From Vicinamibacteria bacterium (GTDB lineage: Bacteria > Acidobacteriota > Vicinamibacteria > Marinacidobacterales > Marinacidobacteraceae): DNA of 64,000 nt. The notes beneath the pieces are model-generated. The model was not told where the DNA came from. It did no database searches and saw nothing but the letters and a program-made list of their open reading frames with translations. The stretch lies in contig OY729431.1 of NCBI GenBank assembly GCA_963422395.1, positions 704,001 through 768,000 of the forward strand, in the 5' to 3' direction. The number at the start of each line of letters is the position of its first letter. Position 1 is the first letter of the stretch. Positions 1 to 9,912 of this stretch are shown here, piece by piece. Made by a program: the position numbers and the translations under genes.

Positions 1-76
1 GCCGAAGCCGAAGCGGACGGAACCCGGGAGAGAGGCGAGAGACGCTCCCGCCGGCGGGTGCCGGAATAGACTCACC

Positions 77-106
77 GAGAACCTCGCCCCTGAGAACCTC
101 GCTCCT
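77..106 (+). repeat. 15-bp direct tandem repeat upstream of first gene (GAGAACCTCGC[C/T]CCT x2)
   Basis: Read directly: 77-91 and 92-106 with one mismatch. Could be an operator or a slippage product. Confidence 0.6.
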
Positions 107-124
107 GACGGTCGGAGGGCTTGC

Positions 125-2650
125 GTGTCCCGGTTCTCGAAAGCCCTGCTCGAAAAATCCGATCCCCGAAGCTCTGGTCTCGGAGGCTCTCTTCGGGTCT
201 CCGGCTGGCTGTTCGGTCGGTGCCTCGGTCGGTTGTCCGGCCGGTCGGCTGGCTGGTCGGCTGCCGCGGCGGTCGCGGGCACCGCGGCGAGCTTCGGGGC
301 GGGTGCCGCCTTCGCGCAGGCCGCCGAGGCAGAACCAACTATAGAAAGGGTGGAGGACTCCTCGGTTTCCGCTTCGAGGCGGCGAAATTCCGAGGGGGAT
401 GCAGTTTCCGCCGACCGGGGTTCGGGGCGGCTCGCCGAGGGACAGCCGGCGCCCCTGAGCCCGGCCCTGACCGGGCGGATCCTCGGCCCCCCCGCTCCGG
501 CGGCGAACGAGGCGATCCGCCGGGCGGGCGACGGGGGCGTCACCCTGCGCGCCTTCCGGCTCGCCGAGCCGCTCACCGTGGATGGAGCCCTCGACGACCC
601 GGTGTACGAGCAGGTTCCCGGGGCGGAAGGCTTCTTGCAGCAGGAGCCCGACGAAGGGGCGCCCGTTTCGGAGTCCACCCGCGTCTGGGTGTTCTACGAC
701 ACGGGCAGCCTCTACATCGCCGCCCATCTGGAAGAGAACCATCCGGCCGAGTTCATGACCAACGAGATGCGCCGCGACCAGCGGAACATCGGCTGGGGCG
801 ACAGCTTCTCCGTAGTCCTCGACCCGTTCTACGACCGCCGGAACGGTTTCCTGTTCCACACGAACGCGCTGGGCGCCCTCTACGACGCCCAGATAACCGA
901 CGAGCGGAACACCAACAGCGACTGGAACACCGTGTGGTGGGTGAAGACCGAGCGCCTACAGGACGCCTGGACCGTAGAGATGCGGATCCCCTTCCGTTCG
1001 CTGCGCTACGCCGCGGGCGGACCCCAGCTCTGGGGGATCAACTTCCGCCGGCTCATCAAGCACGCGAACGAACGGGCGTTCCTCACTCCCACTCCCCAGG
1101 CGTATAGCCGGGACGGACTGATCCGGCTCTCCAACGCGGCGACCCTCGTCGGCCTCGAAGCGCCGGCAGGATCGAGGCGGATGGAGCTGAAGCCGTATCT
1201 GATCGGGTCTCAGAGCCACGTTCCCCTGAACGACGTTTGGAACGAATGGTCCGGCGATCTCGGCGCCGACTTCAAGTTCGGAGTCACCGACGGACTGACA
1301 GCCGATGTCACCTGGAACACCGACTTCGCGCAGGTGGAGGACGACGAGACCCAGATCAACCTGAGCCGTTTCAGCCTGTTCTACCCGGAAAAGCGCGAGT
1401 TCTTCCTCGAAGGGCAGGGAGTCTTCGACTTCGGCGGCCGCGAAACCCGATTCTTCGGAGGGGCGACGGACGTCCCCATCCCGTTCTTCAGCCGCTCCAT
1501 CGGAATCGAGGACGGCGACGCGGTGCCGATTCTCGGCGGCGCGCGGCTCCACGGCCGCGCCGGCGCCTACCAACTGGGACTCCTGAACATCCAGACCGGC
1601 GGCGTGTCCGCACTCGATGCGGCGAGCACGAACTTCAGCGCCTTCCGGGTGAAGCGGGATCTCTTCTCCCGGTCCAACATCGGGGTCATCGTCACCCACC
1701 GGAACCTGAGCGCCGGCGGCGCCGGAGCGAACTCGCTCTACGGAGTGGACGGGAACTTCAACCCGACCGAGAACATCCGGATCAACACCTTCTACATGGG
1801 GACCCGCGAGCCCGGCGTCGAAAGCGGGCACCGGGCCGCCAGCTACTTCGGCCAATTCCGCTACGACACCGACCTGATCGATCTCACCGCCGAGCGTCTC
1901 TATCTGGGCGAGGACTTCGACCCGGGCATGGGCTTCGTGCGCCGCCGGGACTTCACGAAGAACGGGGGCAGCCTCCAGTTCTCCCCGCGCCCCCGGAGCA
2001 TCAAAGCGGTCCGGCAGTTCGAGTTCGAGGCAGAGGCCAGCAACTACGACCGCCCCGACGGCGAGCTGGAGACGCGCGAGTACCAGTTCGGCGCCCGAGC
2101 CGTCTTCGAGAGCAGCGACCGCCTCATGTTCGACCACACCGTGACCGAAGAGCGGCTCCTCGATGGTTTCGACCTCTCGGACACGGTCGGGGTTCCCGCC
2201 GGGAACTATCGGTTCTCCCGCACCGGGGTACGGGTGCGGATGGGATCCCACCGCGCGCTCTCGGGAATGTTTCGCTACGAGTTCGGAGACTTCTTCGGCG
2301 GCTCCCGCCGGGAAGTGAGTTACTGGGGGCGGGCCGAGGTGAACCAGCGCTTCTCGCTCGAGCCCAACATCAGTTTCAACTGGATCGAGGTGCCGGAGGG
2401 CGAAGTGGAGGCGCAGGTGAGCCGCCTGCGCGCGACCTGGACCGTCTCGCCCCGCAGCTTCGCGGGCGTGCTCGTCCAGTACAATTCGGCGGCTCGATCG
2501 ATTTCGGCGAACGTCCGCTTTCGCTGGGAGTACTCCCCGGGCAGCGATCTGTTCGTGGTCTTCAGCACGAACCGCAATGGGGACGACGGACTCTCCGGGC
2601 TCAGCGACCGGACGCTCGTGGTGAAGTTCACTCGGTTGTTCCGGTTCTGA
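125..2650 (+). CDS. DUF5916-family outer-membrane protein (CBM9-like N-terminal domain plus beta-barrel), paralog 1
   Basis: 841-aa ORF with VDGALDDPVY, W(N)TDFAQVEDD, LSRFSLFYPEKREFFLEG and a C-terminal aromatic residue (KFTRLFRF) typical of beta-barrels. Start uncertain. Confidence 0.8.
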   Translation: MSRFSKALLEKSDPRSSGLGGSLRVSGWLFGRCLGRLSGRSAGWSAAAAVAGTAASFGAGAAFAQAAEAEPTIERVEDSSVSASRRRNSEGDAVSADRGSGRLAEGQPAPLSPALTGRILGPPAPAANEAIRRAGDGGVTLRAFRLAEPLTVDGALDDPVYEQVPGAEGFLQQEPDEGAPVSESTRVWVFYDTGSLYIAAHLEENHPAEFMTNEMRRDQRNIGWGDSFSVVLDPFYDRRNGFLFHTNALGALYDAQITDERNTNSDWNTVWWVKTERLQDAWTVEMRIPFRSLRYAAGGPQLWGINFRRLIKHANERAFLTPTPQAYSRDGLIRLSNAATLVGLEAPAGSRRMELKPYLIGSQSHVPLNDVWNEWSGDLGADFKFGVTDGLTADVTWNTDFAQVEDDETQINLSRFSLFYPEKREFFLEGQGVFDFGGRETRFFGGATDVPIPFFSRSIGIEDGDAVPILGGARLHGRAGAYQLGLLNIQTGGVSALDAASTNFSAFRVKRDLFSRSNIGVIVTHRNLSAGGAGANSLYGVDGNFNPTENIRINTFYMGTREPGVESGHRAASYFGQFRYDTDLIDLTAERLYLGEDFDPGMGFVRRRDFTKNGGSLQFSPRPRSIKAVRQFEFEAEASNYDRPDGELETREYQFGARAVFESSDRLMFDHTVTEERLLDGFDLSDTVGVPAGNYRFSRTGVRVRMGSHRALSGMFRYEFGDFFGGSRREVSYWGRAEVNQRFSLEPNISFNWIEVPEGEVEAQVSRLRATWTVSPRSFAGVLVQYNSAARSISANVRFRWEYSPGSDLFVVFSTNRNGDDGLSGLSDRTLVVKFTRLFRF

Positions 2651-2748
2651 CACGAACGCGGGAGCCCGGCGCCAACTGACGCCAAAGCTAGACTGAGCGA
2701 GCGTCTTCGACCGCCCAATCCGGGAACCGGGTTCCCAGGTGCCGCCTC

Positions 2749-5190
2749 TTGCCGACTCCCCGTTTCGTGTGGCGGGGCGTTGCCGCAGTTTGGTTTTCGG
2801 GCCTGTTGGCCGGTGCCGCGCCCGCTCCGTCAGGACCCGCTCCGCCGCCCGATGACCGCCGGGACCGACGAATCCAGGGACGAATCCAGGACGGACAACA
2901 GGACGGACGAGACGAGCAGGGCGGCCACGACCGCCGGGGCGGCTCTTCGTTCGGCCTGCGCGGGGCGGGCAGGCTCGCGGACCGTCAGCAGGATCCCGGT
3001 GCGGCGATGGCCGGCCGTATCCTCGGTCCACCGGCGCCCGTGGCCGGCGAGTCGGTCCGCCGCGGCGCCGGCGGGCGGGTGACGCTCCGCGCCTTCCGCT
3101 TGGCTGAGCCCCTCACCGTGGACGGGGTGCTCGACGATCCGGTGTACGACCAGGCGCCGGCGGCGGACGGATTCGTGCAGCAGGAGCCCGACGAGGGCGC
3201 GCCGGCCTCGGAGTCCACCCGCGTCTGGGTGTTCTACGACGCGGACAGCCTCTACATCGCCGCCGAGCTGGAAGAATTGCATCCGGGGCGGCTAATGGCC
3301 AGAGAGATGCGCCGCGACCACCGGAGCATCGGCTGGAACGACAGCTTCCAGGTCATCCTCGACACCTTCTACGACCGCCGGAACGGTTTCCTGTTCCATA
3401 CGAACGCGCTGGGGGCGCTCTACGACGCGCAGGTGACCGACGAACGGAACACCAACAGCGACTGGAACACGGTCTGGTGGGTCGAGACCGCAACCGGGGA
3501 ACGGGGCTGGACGGCGGAGATCCGCATCCCCTTCCGCTCACTGCGCTACGCCGCCGGCGGACCCCAGCTCTGGGGGATCAACTTCCAGCGGAACATCAAG
3601 CACCGGAACGAAAAGGTGTTCTTCACCCCCACGCCGCAGGCCTACAACCGGGAGGCGCTGATCCGCCTGTCCAATGCCGCGACGCTCGTGGGTCTCGAAG
3701 CGCCCTCCGGGTCCCGGCGGATGGAGCTGAAGCCGTACCTGATCGGTTCGCAGCAGCACGCTCCCCTGAACGGCGTCGCGAACGAATGGTCCGGCGACCT
3801 CGGCGCCGACTTCAAGTTCGGGGTCACCGACGGGCTGACCGCCGATGTCACCTGGAACACCGACTTCGCGCAGGTGGAAGACGACGAGACCCAGATCAAC
3901 CTGAGCCGTTTCAGCCTGTTCTTCCCGGAAAAGCGCGAGTTCTTCCTCGAAGGGCAGGGGGTCTTCGACTTCGGCGGCCGCCAGACCCGCGCCTTCGGCG
4001 GTCCGACGGACGTTCCCATCCCCTTCTTCAGCCGCTCGATCGGCATCTCGGACAGCTCTGTAGTGCCGATTCTCGGCGGCGCGCGGCTCCACGGCCGCGC
4101 CGGCGCCTACCAACTGGGGCTCCTGAACATCCAGGCCGGCGACGTCCCCGGACTCGATGCGGCGAGCACGAACTTCAGCGCCTTTCGGGTGAAACGCGAC
4201 CTCTTCGCCCGGTCCAGCATCGGAGTGATCGCCACGCACCGCAACGTCGGCGCCGACGGATCGGGCTCCAACTCCCTCTATGGCGCCGACGGGAACTTCA
4301 ACCCGACCGAGAACATCCGGATCAACACCTTCTACATGGGGACCCGCGAGTCCGGCGTCGAAACCGGACACCGGGCCGCCAGCTATCTGGGCCAGTTCCG
4401 CTACGACACCGACCTGATCGACCTCACCGCCGAGCGTCTCTATCTGGGCGAGGACTTCGACCCGGGCATGGGCTTCGTGCGCCGCCGGGATTTCACGAAG
4501 AACGGAGGCAGCCTCCAGTTCTCCCCGCGTCCCCGGGGGATCGAACGGATCCGGCAGTTCGAGTTCAAGGCGGAGGCGAACGACTACCGGCGCCCCGACG
4601 GCGGACTCGAAACGCGGGAGTACTCGTTCGAGGGACGCGCCATCTTCGAGAGCAGCGACCGTTTCGTGGTGGACCACAGCGTGACCGAAGAGCGGCTGCT
4701 GGACGGTTTCGACCTCTCGGACACGGTCGGAGTGCCCGCCGGGAACTACCGTTTCGCCCGCACCGGCGTCCGTTTCTGGATGGGAACGCACCGCGCGGTC
4801 TCCGGATACTTCCGCTACGAGTTCGGGGACTTCTTCGGCGGCTCTCGCCGGGAGGTGAGCTACTGGGGGCGCGCCGAGGTGAACCGCCGCTTCTCCATGG
4901 AGCCGAATATCAGCCTCAACTGGATCGAGGTGCCGGAGGGAGAACTCCGGGCGCAGGTCAGCCGGCTGCGCGCGACCTGGACGGTCTCTCCGCGCAGCTT
5001 CGTGGGAGCACTCCTCCAATACAACTCGGCGGCGCAGCTCTTCTCTGCCAACGTCCGTTTCCGCTGGGAGTACTCGCCGGGCAGCGATGTGTTCATGGTC
5101 TTCAGCACGAACCGCGACGGCGGCGACGGGCTCTCCGGACTCACCGACCGGGCGCTGGTCGTCAAGTTCACCCGGCTGTTCCGGTTCTGA
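2749..5190 (+). CDS. DUF5916-family outer-membrane protein, paralog 2
   Basis: Same motifs as paralog 1. Long near-identical DNA tracts at offset 2540. Confidence 0.8.
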   Translation: MPTPRFVWRGVAAVWFSGLLAGAAPAPSGPAPPPDDRRDRRIQGRIQDGQQDGRDEQGGHDRRGGSSFGLRGAGRLADRQQDPGAAMAGRILGPPAPVAGESVRRGAGGRVTLRAFRLAEPLTVDGVLDDPVYDQAPAADGFVQQEPDEGAPASESTRVWVFYDADSLYIAAELEELHPGRLMAREMRRDHRSIGWNDSFQVILDTFYDRRNGFLFHTNALGALYDAQVTDERNTNSDWNTVWWVETATGERGWTAEIRIPFRSLRYAAGGPQLWGINFQRNIKHRNEKVFFTPTPQAYNREALIRLSNAATLVGLEAPSGSRRMELKPYLIGSQQHAPLNGVANEWSGDLGADFKFGVTDGLTADVTWNTDFAQVEDDETQINLSRFSLFFPEKREFFLEGQGVFDFGGRQTRAFGGPTDVPIPFFSRSIGISDSSVVPILGGARLHGRAGAYQLGLLNIQAGDVPGLDAASTNFSAFRVKRDLFARSSIGVIATHRNVGADGSGSNSLYGADGNFNPTENIRINTFYMGTRESGVETGHRAASYLGQFRYDTDLIDLTAERLYLGEDFDPGMGFVRRRDFTKNGGSLQFSPRPRGIERIRQFEFKAEANDYRRPDGGLETREYSFEGRAIFESSDRFVVDHSVTEERLLDGFDLSDTVGVPAGNYRFARTGVRFWMGTHRAVSGYFRYEFGDFFGGSRREVSYWGRAEVNRRFSMEPNISLNWIEVPEGELRAQVSRLRATWTVSPRSFVGALLQYNSAAQLFSANVRFRWEYSPGSDVFMVFSTNRDGGDGLSGLTDRALVVKFTRLFRF

Positions 5191-5221
5191 CGCGCGGGCC
5201 GTCAGGCCACCACTCCCCTTC

Positions 5222-7711
5222 GTGCTCTCATCCCGCCCGCGATTCGACCGCCCGCGATTCGACCGGCCGCGATTCGACCGGCCCCGATCCGGCCCGTCAT
5301 CCTTCGGCCCATCGCGATCCGGGTGCTTCTCCCCGTTCGCGCTGGCCCTGGGCAGCCTGCTCTGCCCCTCCGCCCTCTTCGCGCAGGGGGATCCCGAGCA
5401 GCGCGGATCGAACGGACGAAAAGCCGCCGAACAGGAGACCGCTGGGCAGGAGGTCGTCGGGCAGGGGACCGATTCCCCGGAGGAACTAGGCTTCGTGGTA
5501 CGGGGTCCGGCAGCACCCGAGCTCCCCGAGATGGTGCGCCGCGACGACCTCGGCGGCGCCACCATGCGCGCCGCCCGGCTCGAAGAGCCGCTCGATTTCG
5601 ACGGCCGCCTCGACGATGCGGTCTACGACCGAGTGCCGGGGGTTTCGGGGTTCCTACAGGCGCTGCCGCTCGAAGGGGAGCCGGCGACCGAGGATACCGA
5701 GGTCTGGGTCTTCTTCGACGACGATGCGGTGTATGTCGCCGGCCGCGCCTGGGATTCTCAGCCCGAGCGGATGGTGGCCACCGAGATGCGGCGCGACAAC
5801 TTCGGCATCTTCAACAACGAGAATCTGGCCGTCATCTTCGACACCTTCTACGACCGCCGGAACGCTTTCTTCTTCTACATGAATCCCATCGGCGGGTTCT
5901 TCGACGGGCTCATCGTGGACGAACGGAATGTCAACCGCGACTGGACCGCAGTCTGGGATTCCCGCGCCGCCCGTTTCGAGGGCGGCTGGACGATGGAGAT
6001 GCGGATTCCGTTCAAGACGCTGCGCTACGCCAGCGGCGGCCCGCAGGTCTGGGGCATCAACTTCCGCCGGGTGGTCCGCTGGAAGAACGAGATCTCCTAC
6101 CTGACCCGCGTGCCCGCCGCGCTCGGCCCGCGGGCGATCACCAAGGTCAGTTCCGCCGGCACCCTCGTCGGTCTCGTCGCGCCGGCCAGCTCGCGGACGG
6201 TCGAGGTGAAGCCGTACGGAATCGGGAGCGCCGCTGGAGCGCGGGGAGACAGCGCCGGTGCCCTCGACCGGGAATTCAGCGGCGATGTCGGCGTGGACGC
6301 GAAGGTCGGGATCACCAGCGGGCTCACCGCCGATCTCACCTGGAACACCGACTTCGCCCAGGTGGAGGCCGACGCGCAGCAGATCAACCTCACTCGGTTC
6401 AGCCTCTTCTTCCCCGAAAAGCGCGAGTTCTTCCTCGAGGGGCAGGGAATCTTCGGCTTCGGAACCTCGACCAGAGCCCCGCCGGCGGGCTCGACCCGCA
6501 GCTTCGGGCCGCCGAGCAGTACCCCGGTGCTCTTCTTCAGCCGGAAGATCGGCATCGCCGACGGCCAGGCGGTGCCGATCCTCGGCGGCGGGCGGGTGAC
6601 CGGGAAGCTGGGCGGTTACCACCTCGGGGCGCTCGCCATCCGCAGCGGGGGAAGCGCCGCCGCCGGCGCTCCGGCGACCGATTTCTCCGTCCTCCGGCTG
6701 AAACGGGATGTGCTGAGCCGCAGCACCGTGGGGGTCATCGGGACCTACCGCTCGCACACCGAGAGCACTTCCAACGCGAGCGGCTGGGGCCGGAACTTCG
6801 CCTACGGGATGGATGCCCGCTTCGGGTTCTTCGAGCACCTCGACATCCGCAGCTACGCCGCCTGGACGCAGAACGAGCGCGAAGACCGGACCGGGATGAG
6901 TTATCTCGGCCAACTCGAGTACGGCGGCGACCGCTACGGGCTGCAGCTGGAGCGGCTCGTCGTCGGCGAGGGCTTCGACCCCGGAATCGGGTTTCTGCGC
7001 CGCCGCGATTTCCAGCGCAACTACGCCGAGGCCCGCTTCAGCCCCCGGCCGTACTCGATTCCCTGGCTGCGCAAGATCGGCTGGACCGGCAGCATCGACT
7101 ACACCACCGACAACGAGGGTGTCCTGGAGACCCGGATCTTTTCGCTGCGCCAGGAAATGGAGTTCGAGAACGGCGACAGCTTCCGCGTGAACGCGGCGCG
7201 CAATCGGGAAGTGCTCGGCGAGGACTTCCAGCTCGGCGACGACCTCGGAGTGGCGGCGGGGGCGTACGACTTCGGCTTCGCCCGCCTCAGCTACCAGGCA
7301 GGCCCCCAGCGTGCGGTCTCGGGCAACTTCGCCTACCAGCAGGGCGGTTTCTTTTCGGGAACCCGGCGGGAACTCGCCTGGCGCGGCCGGGTCGAGGTCA
7401 TGCCGCGGCTCACCCTCGAGCCCTCGTTCTCGCTGAACTGGATCGCGCTCCCCGAGGGGGACTACGACACCCGGCTGGTCGCCTCTCGGGTCAACTACAC
7501 CCTTTCGCCGCGGAGCTTCCTCGCCGCCTTCCTCCAGTACAACAGCGCCGCGAACAGCCTCTCCACGAATGTCCGCTTTCGCTGGGAGTACCAGCCGGGC
7601 AGCGACTTCTATGTCGTGTACAACTCGGTCCGCGACTCCCTGGTCCCCGGCTATCCCGAGCTCGAAACCCAGACCCTCATCGTGAAGTTCACCCGCCTCT
7701 TCCGCTTCTGA
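5222..7711 (+). CDS. DUF5916-family outer-membrane protein, paralog 3 (more divergent)
   Basis: ORF 5087..7711 overlaps paralog 2, so the in-frame GTG at 5222 was chosen. Has NTDFAQVEAD, FPEKREFFLEG and the KFTRLFRF terminus. Confidence 0.75.
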   Translation: MLSSRPRFDRPRFDRPRFDRPRSGPSSFGPSRSGCFSPFALALGSLLCPSALFAQGDPEQRGSNGRKAAEQETAGQEVVGQGTDSPEELGFVVRGPAAPELPEMVRRDDLGGATMRAARLEEPLDFDGRLDDAVYDRVPGVSGFLQALPLEGEPATEDTEVWVFFDDDAVYVAGRAWDSQPERMVATEMRRDNFGIFNNENLAVIFDTFYDRRNAFFFYMNPIGGFFDGLIVDERNVNRDWTAVWDSRAARFEGGWTMEMRIPFKTLRYASGGPQVWGINFRRVVRWKNEISYLTRVPAALGPRAITKVSSAGTLVGLVAPASSRTVEVKPYGIGSAAGARGDSAGALDREFSGDVGVDAKVGITSGLTADLTWNTDFAQVEADAQQINLTRFSLFFPEKREFFLEGQGIFGFGTSTRAPPAGSTRSFGPPSSTPVLFFSRKIGIADGQAVPILGGGRVTGKLGGYHLGALAIRSGGSAAAGAPATDFSVLRLKRDVLSRSTVGVIGTYRSHTESTSNASGWGRNFAYGMDARFGFFEHLDIRSYAAWTQNEREDRTGMSYLGQLEYGGDRYGLQLERLVVGEGFDPGIGFLRRRDFQRNYAEARFSPRPYSIPWLRKIGWTGSIDYTTDNEGVLETRIFSLRQEMEFENGDSFRVNAARNREVLGEDFQLGDDLGVAAGAYDFGFARLSYQAGPQRAVSGNFAYQQGGFFSGTRRELAWRGRVEVMPRLTLEPSFSLNWIALPEGDYDTRLVASRVNYTLSPRSFLAAFLQYNSAANSLSTNVRFRWEYQPGSDFYVVYNSVRDSLVPGYPELETQTLIVKFTRLFRF
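5234..5293 (+). repeat. 15-bp tandem repeat (CG[C/G]CCGCGATTCGAC x3 plus degenerate 4th), encodes RPRFD repeats
   Basis: Read directly from sequence. Confidence 0.8.
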
Positions 7712-7837
7712 CCGCGGGGGCGGGGGGTCGGTTCGCTCGTTCCGCCGGCAGGGGAGGGAACGACGAGGCGGTAGTCAGGCGGCCCGCCCGCAGGCGCCGG
7801 GGCGGCCGCGCGCGCGGCACCCGGACCGCAGGCCGCG

Positions 7838-8419
7838 CTACCAGACGGAGAGGGAGACCCGCGTCTCGGCGTCCTGCACCTCGACTTCCGCGCCGCGGGC
7901 GAGGGCGATCAGCGAAAGCGCCAGCTCCCGGGCATCGCAACGGATCCGGGAGGAGCCTTCGACTTCCTCACAGGCGCCGGCGGCTTCGTCGAGCGCCCGA
8001 AGCGGGGTCCGGACGAAAACCCGGCTGCCGGCTTCCCCGCCTTCGCGCACTCGGATCACCAGGTCTTCGTCCGCTTTGGCGACCCGCAAGAGGAGGTCCT
8101 CGCCATCGGTGATCTCGACGAGTACCGCATCGGGGGCGGCCTTCAGCGCTTCGAGGGTCGCATTGAGAGCCGCGAGCGCCGGCGCCCCGAACTCGTCCAG
8201 CTCTTCCTCCCCGAGGTAGTGCGGAAGGAGATGGTCGGGAGCGAAACGGAGGGCGGCCAGGGGAAGCAGCAGCGGGACCGGCGCGGTGAAGCGCGTCGCC
8301 TCGGGCGAGCCTTCGGCCACGACCGAGACGAGCGCGACGCCGCAGGCCGAGACGCAGGCGCCGAAGAGCAGCGCGGCGATCAGCGCCGCCGCCAGCAGGA
8401 TTCCGAGAACGCGAAGCAT
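7838..8419 (-). CDS. Hypothetical membrane-anchored protein
   Basis: 193-aa ORF with an N-terminal hydrophobic helix; co-oriented 12 bp downstream of 8432..9022. Confidence 0.65.
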   Translation of the reverse strand: MLRVLGILLAAALIAALLFGACVSACGVALVSVVAEGSPEATRFTAPVPLLLPLAALRFAPDHLLPHYLGEEELDEFGAPALAALNATLEALKAAPDAVLVEITDGEDLLLRVAKADEDLVIRVREGGEAGSRVFVRTPLRALDEAAGACEEVEGSSRIRCDARELALSLIALARGAEVEVQDAETRVSLSVW

Positions 8420-8431
8420 GACGAGGAGCGG

Positions 8432-9022
8432 CTACTGCGGTCCGATCCAGACGCGAACCTGGCCGTCCTCGCCTCGCATCGAGACGAGGTCCCCCTCGTG
8501 GCTGCCGAGGCTGCGGATGGCCCGGCGGAAGTCCGGTTCCTCTCCGGCCCCGCTGAAGAGCGCGTCGAGCACTGCCACCGGGAAGCGGATTTCGAGCGAA
8601 CCGTCGTCACCGGAGCCTTCGATCCGGACTTCATCGCCGGTGATCCACCCGTCGAGGCCGCCGCCGTCCTCTGCCGCGAGCTGCACCCGGGCGCCCGGCT
8701 CAGCGCGAAGCGCCTCCCAGAAGGCGCGGAGATCTTCCATCTTCAGCTCCACGCCGTCTTCCGAGCGGCGGGTCGCTTCCTCGAGCATCCGCTCCCCCAT
8801 GGAGTCGCCGAGCGCTTCCACGGCGGCGAGCGGCAGGTTGACCTCGACTTTCGTCTCGTCGGAGTCGTCCTGGACCTGCACATGGAGCCAGGGTTTCGCG
8901 GGCTGGCCGAGCGCCGGCGCGGCGGCGAGCGCAAAGACTCCGACCGCGGCGGCGAAGCCGGCGAACCGACTTCGAAGCGCGGTGCGGGGCAGTTGGGATG
9001 GAATACGCGGGAGAGTGAGCAT
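8432..9022 (-). CDS. Hypothetical secreted protein
   Basis: Signal-peptide-like segment (AAAVGVFALAAAPALG) and two VNLPL/IRFPV-type half-repeats. Start uncertain. Confidence 0.65.
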   Translation of the reverse strand: MLTLPRIPSQLPRTALRSRFAGFAAAVGVFALAAAPALGQPAKPWLHVQVQDDSDETKVEVNLPLAAVEALGDSMGERMLEEATRRSEDGVELKMEDLRAFWEALRAEPGARVQLAAEDGGGLDGWITGDEVRIEGSGDDGSLEIRFPVAVLDALFSGAGEEPDFRRAIRSLGSHEGDLVSMRGEDGQVRVWIGPQ

Positions 9023-9884
9023 GTCCGTTCCTAACGAGAGCGCCTCGGCGGAAGTTCCAGCGCCCCCGCAGCGCCGCCGCTCGCTGCTCTATGTCCCCGC
9101 TTCCAGCGAGCGGATGCTGGCGAAGGCGGCCTCGCGCGGCGCGGGAGTGCTGGTTCTCGACCTCGAAGACGGCGTCCACCCGGAGCACAAGGAGGCGGCC
9201 CGCCGCCGCCTGCCGCGTTCGCGGGCGGAACTGGCCGCGGGAGGTGCATCGGTCGTGGTGCGGGTCAACCCTCCGCTCGGCCCCGGAGGGGGCGCCGATA
9301 TCGAGGCCGCCGCCGCGGCCGGGTTCGATGCGGTGCTGTTGCCGAAGGCGGAGACCGCCGCTGCGGTTCGGGCGGCGCGGCGTCTCCTGGGAGCGCAGGC
9401 TCCGCTGTGGCTCATGATCGAAACCGCCCGGGGAGCCGCTGCGGTGTTTCCGCTCGCCGCGGAGGCGGGGGTGGAAGGGTTGGTGTTCGGCTCCGCTGAC
9501 TTCCGGCTGAGCATGGGGTCCTGCGCGACCCCCGGCGAATCGGAACTCGACCATGTCCGCCAGCGCATCCTGCTCGCGGCACGGGCCGCGGGCGTCTGCT
9601 GCTTCGATGCTCCGTGGTTCGCCTTCCGCGACCTCGACGGGCTTCGCCGCAGCGCCCGGCGCGCCTTCGAGCTCGGTTTCGACGGCAAGTCGGCGATCCA
9701 TCCGGGGCAGCTGCCGGTGATCCACGAGGCGTTCGCTCCTTCACCCGCCCAGCGCTCCTGGGCGGAACGGGTCGTCCGGGTGATGGAAGCCGCCGCGGCC
9801 CAGGGACGGGCGGTCGCCGAGCTCGAGGGAGAGCTCCTCGAGGAGCTCCACCTGCGGCAGGCGAAACGGCTGCTCGGGCGGTAG
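9021..9884 (+). CDS. CitE/HpcH-HpaI family CoA-ester lyase (citrate lyase beta-like)
   Basis: RRSLLYVP, LDLEDGV, MIETARG, GFDGKSAIHPGQ. ATG at 9021 within ORF 8286..9884. Confidence 0.85.
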   Translation: MSVPNESASAEVPAPPQRRRSLLYVPASSERMLAKAASRGAGVLVLDLEDGVHPEHKEAARRRLPRSRAELAAGGASVVVRVNPPLGPGGGADIEAAAAAGFDAVLLPKAETAAAVRAARRLLGAQAPLWLMIETARGAAAVFPLAAEAGVEGLVFGSADFRLSMGSCATPGESELDHVRQRILLAARAAGVCCFDAPWFAFRDLDGLRRSARRAFELGFDGKSAIHPGQLPVIHEAFAPSPAQRSWAERVVRVMEAAAAQGRAVAELEGELLEELHLRQAKRLLGR

Positions 9885-9912
9885 TGCGGTCTGTTGCGCG
9901 GATGGAACCGGC

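Noticed and set aside
5234-5293. Possible CRISPR-like array
   Set aside because: The 15-bp units abut without unique spacers, and no cas genes are present.
9020-9023. Divergent genes apparently sharing a CATG start (also at 35433-35436)
   Set aside because: Any C-ATG gives a reverse-strand ATG and stops are rare in high-GC DNA. True starts are uncertain, so this is likely coincidence.
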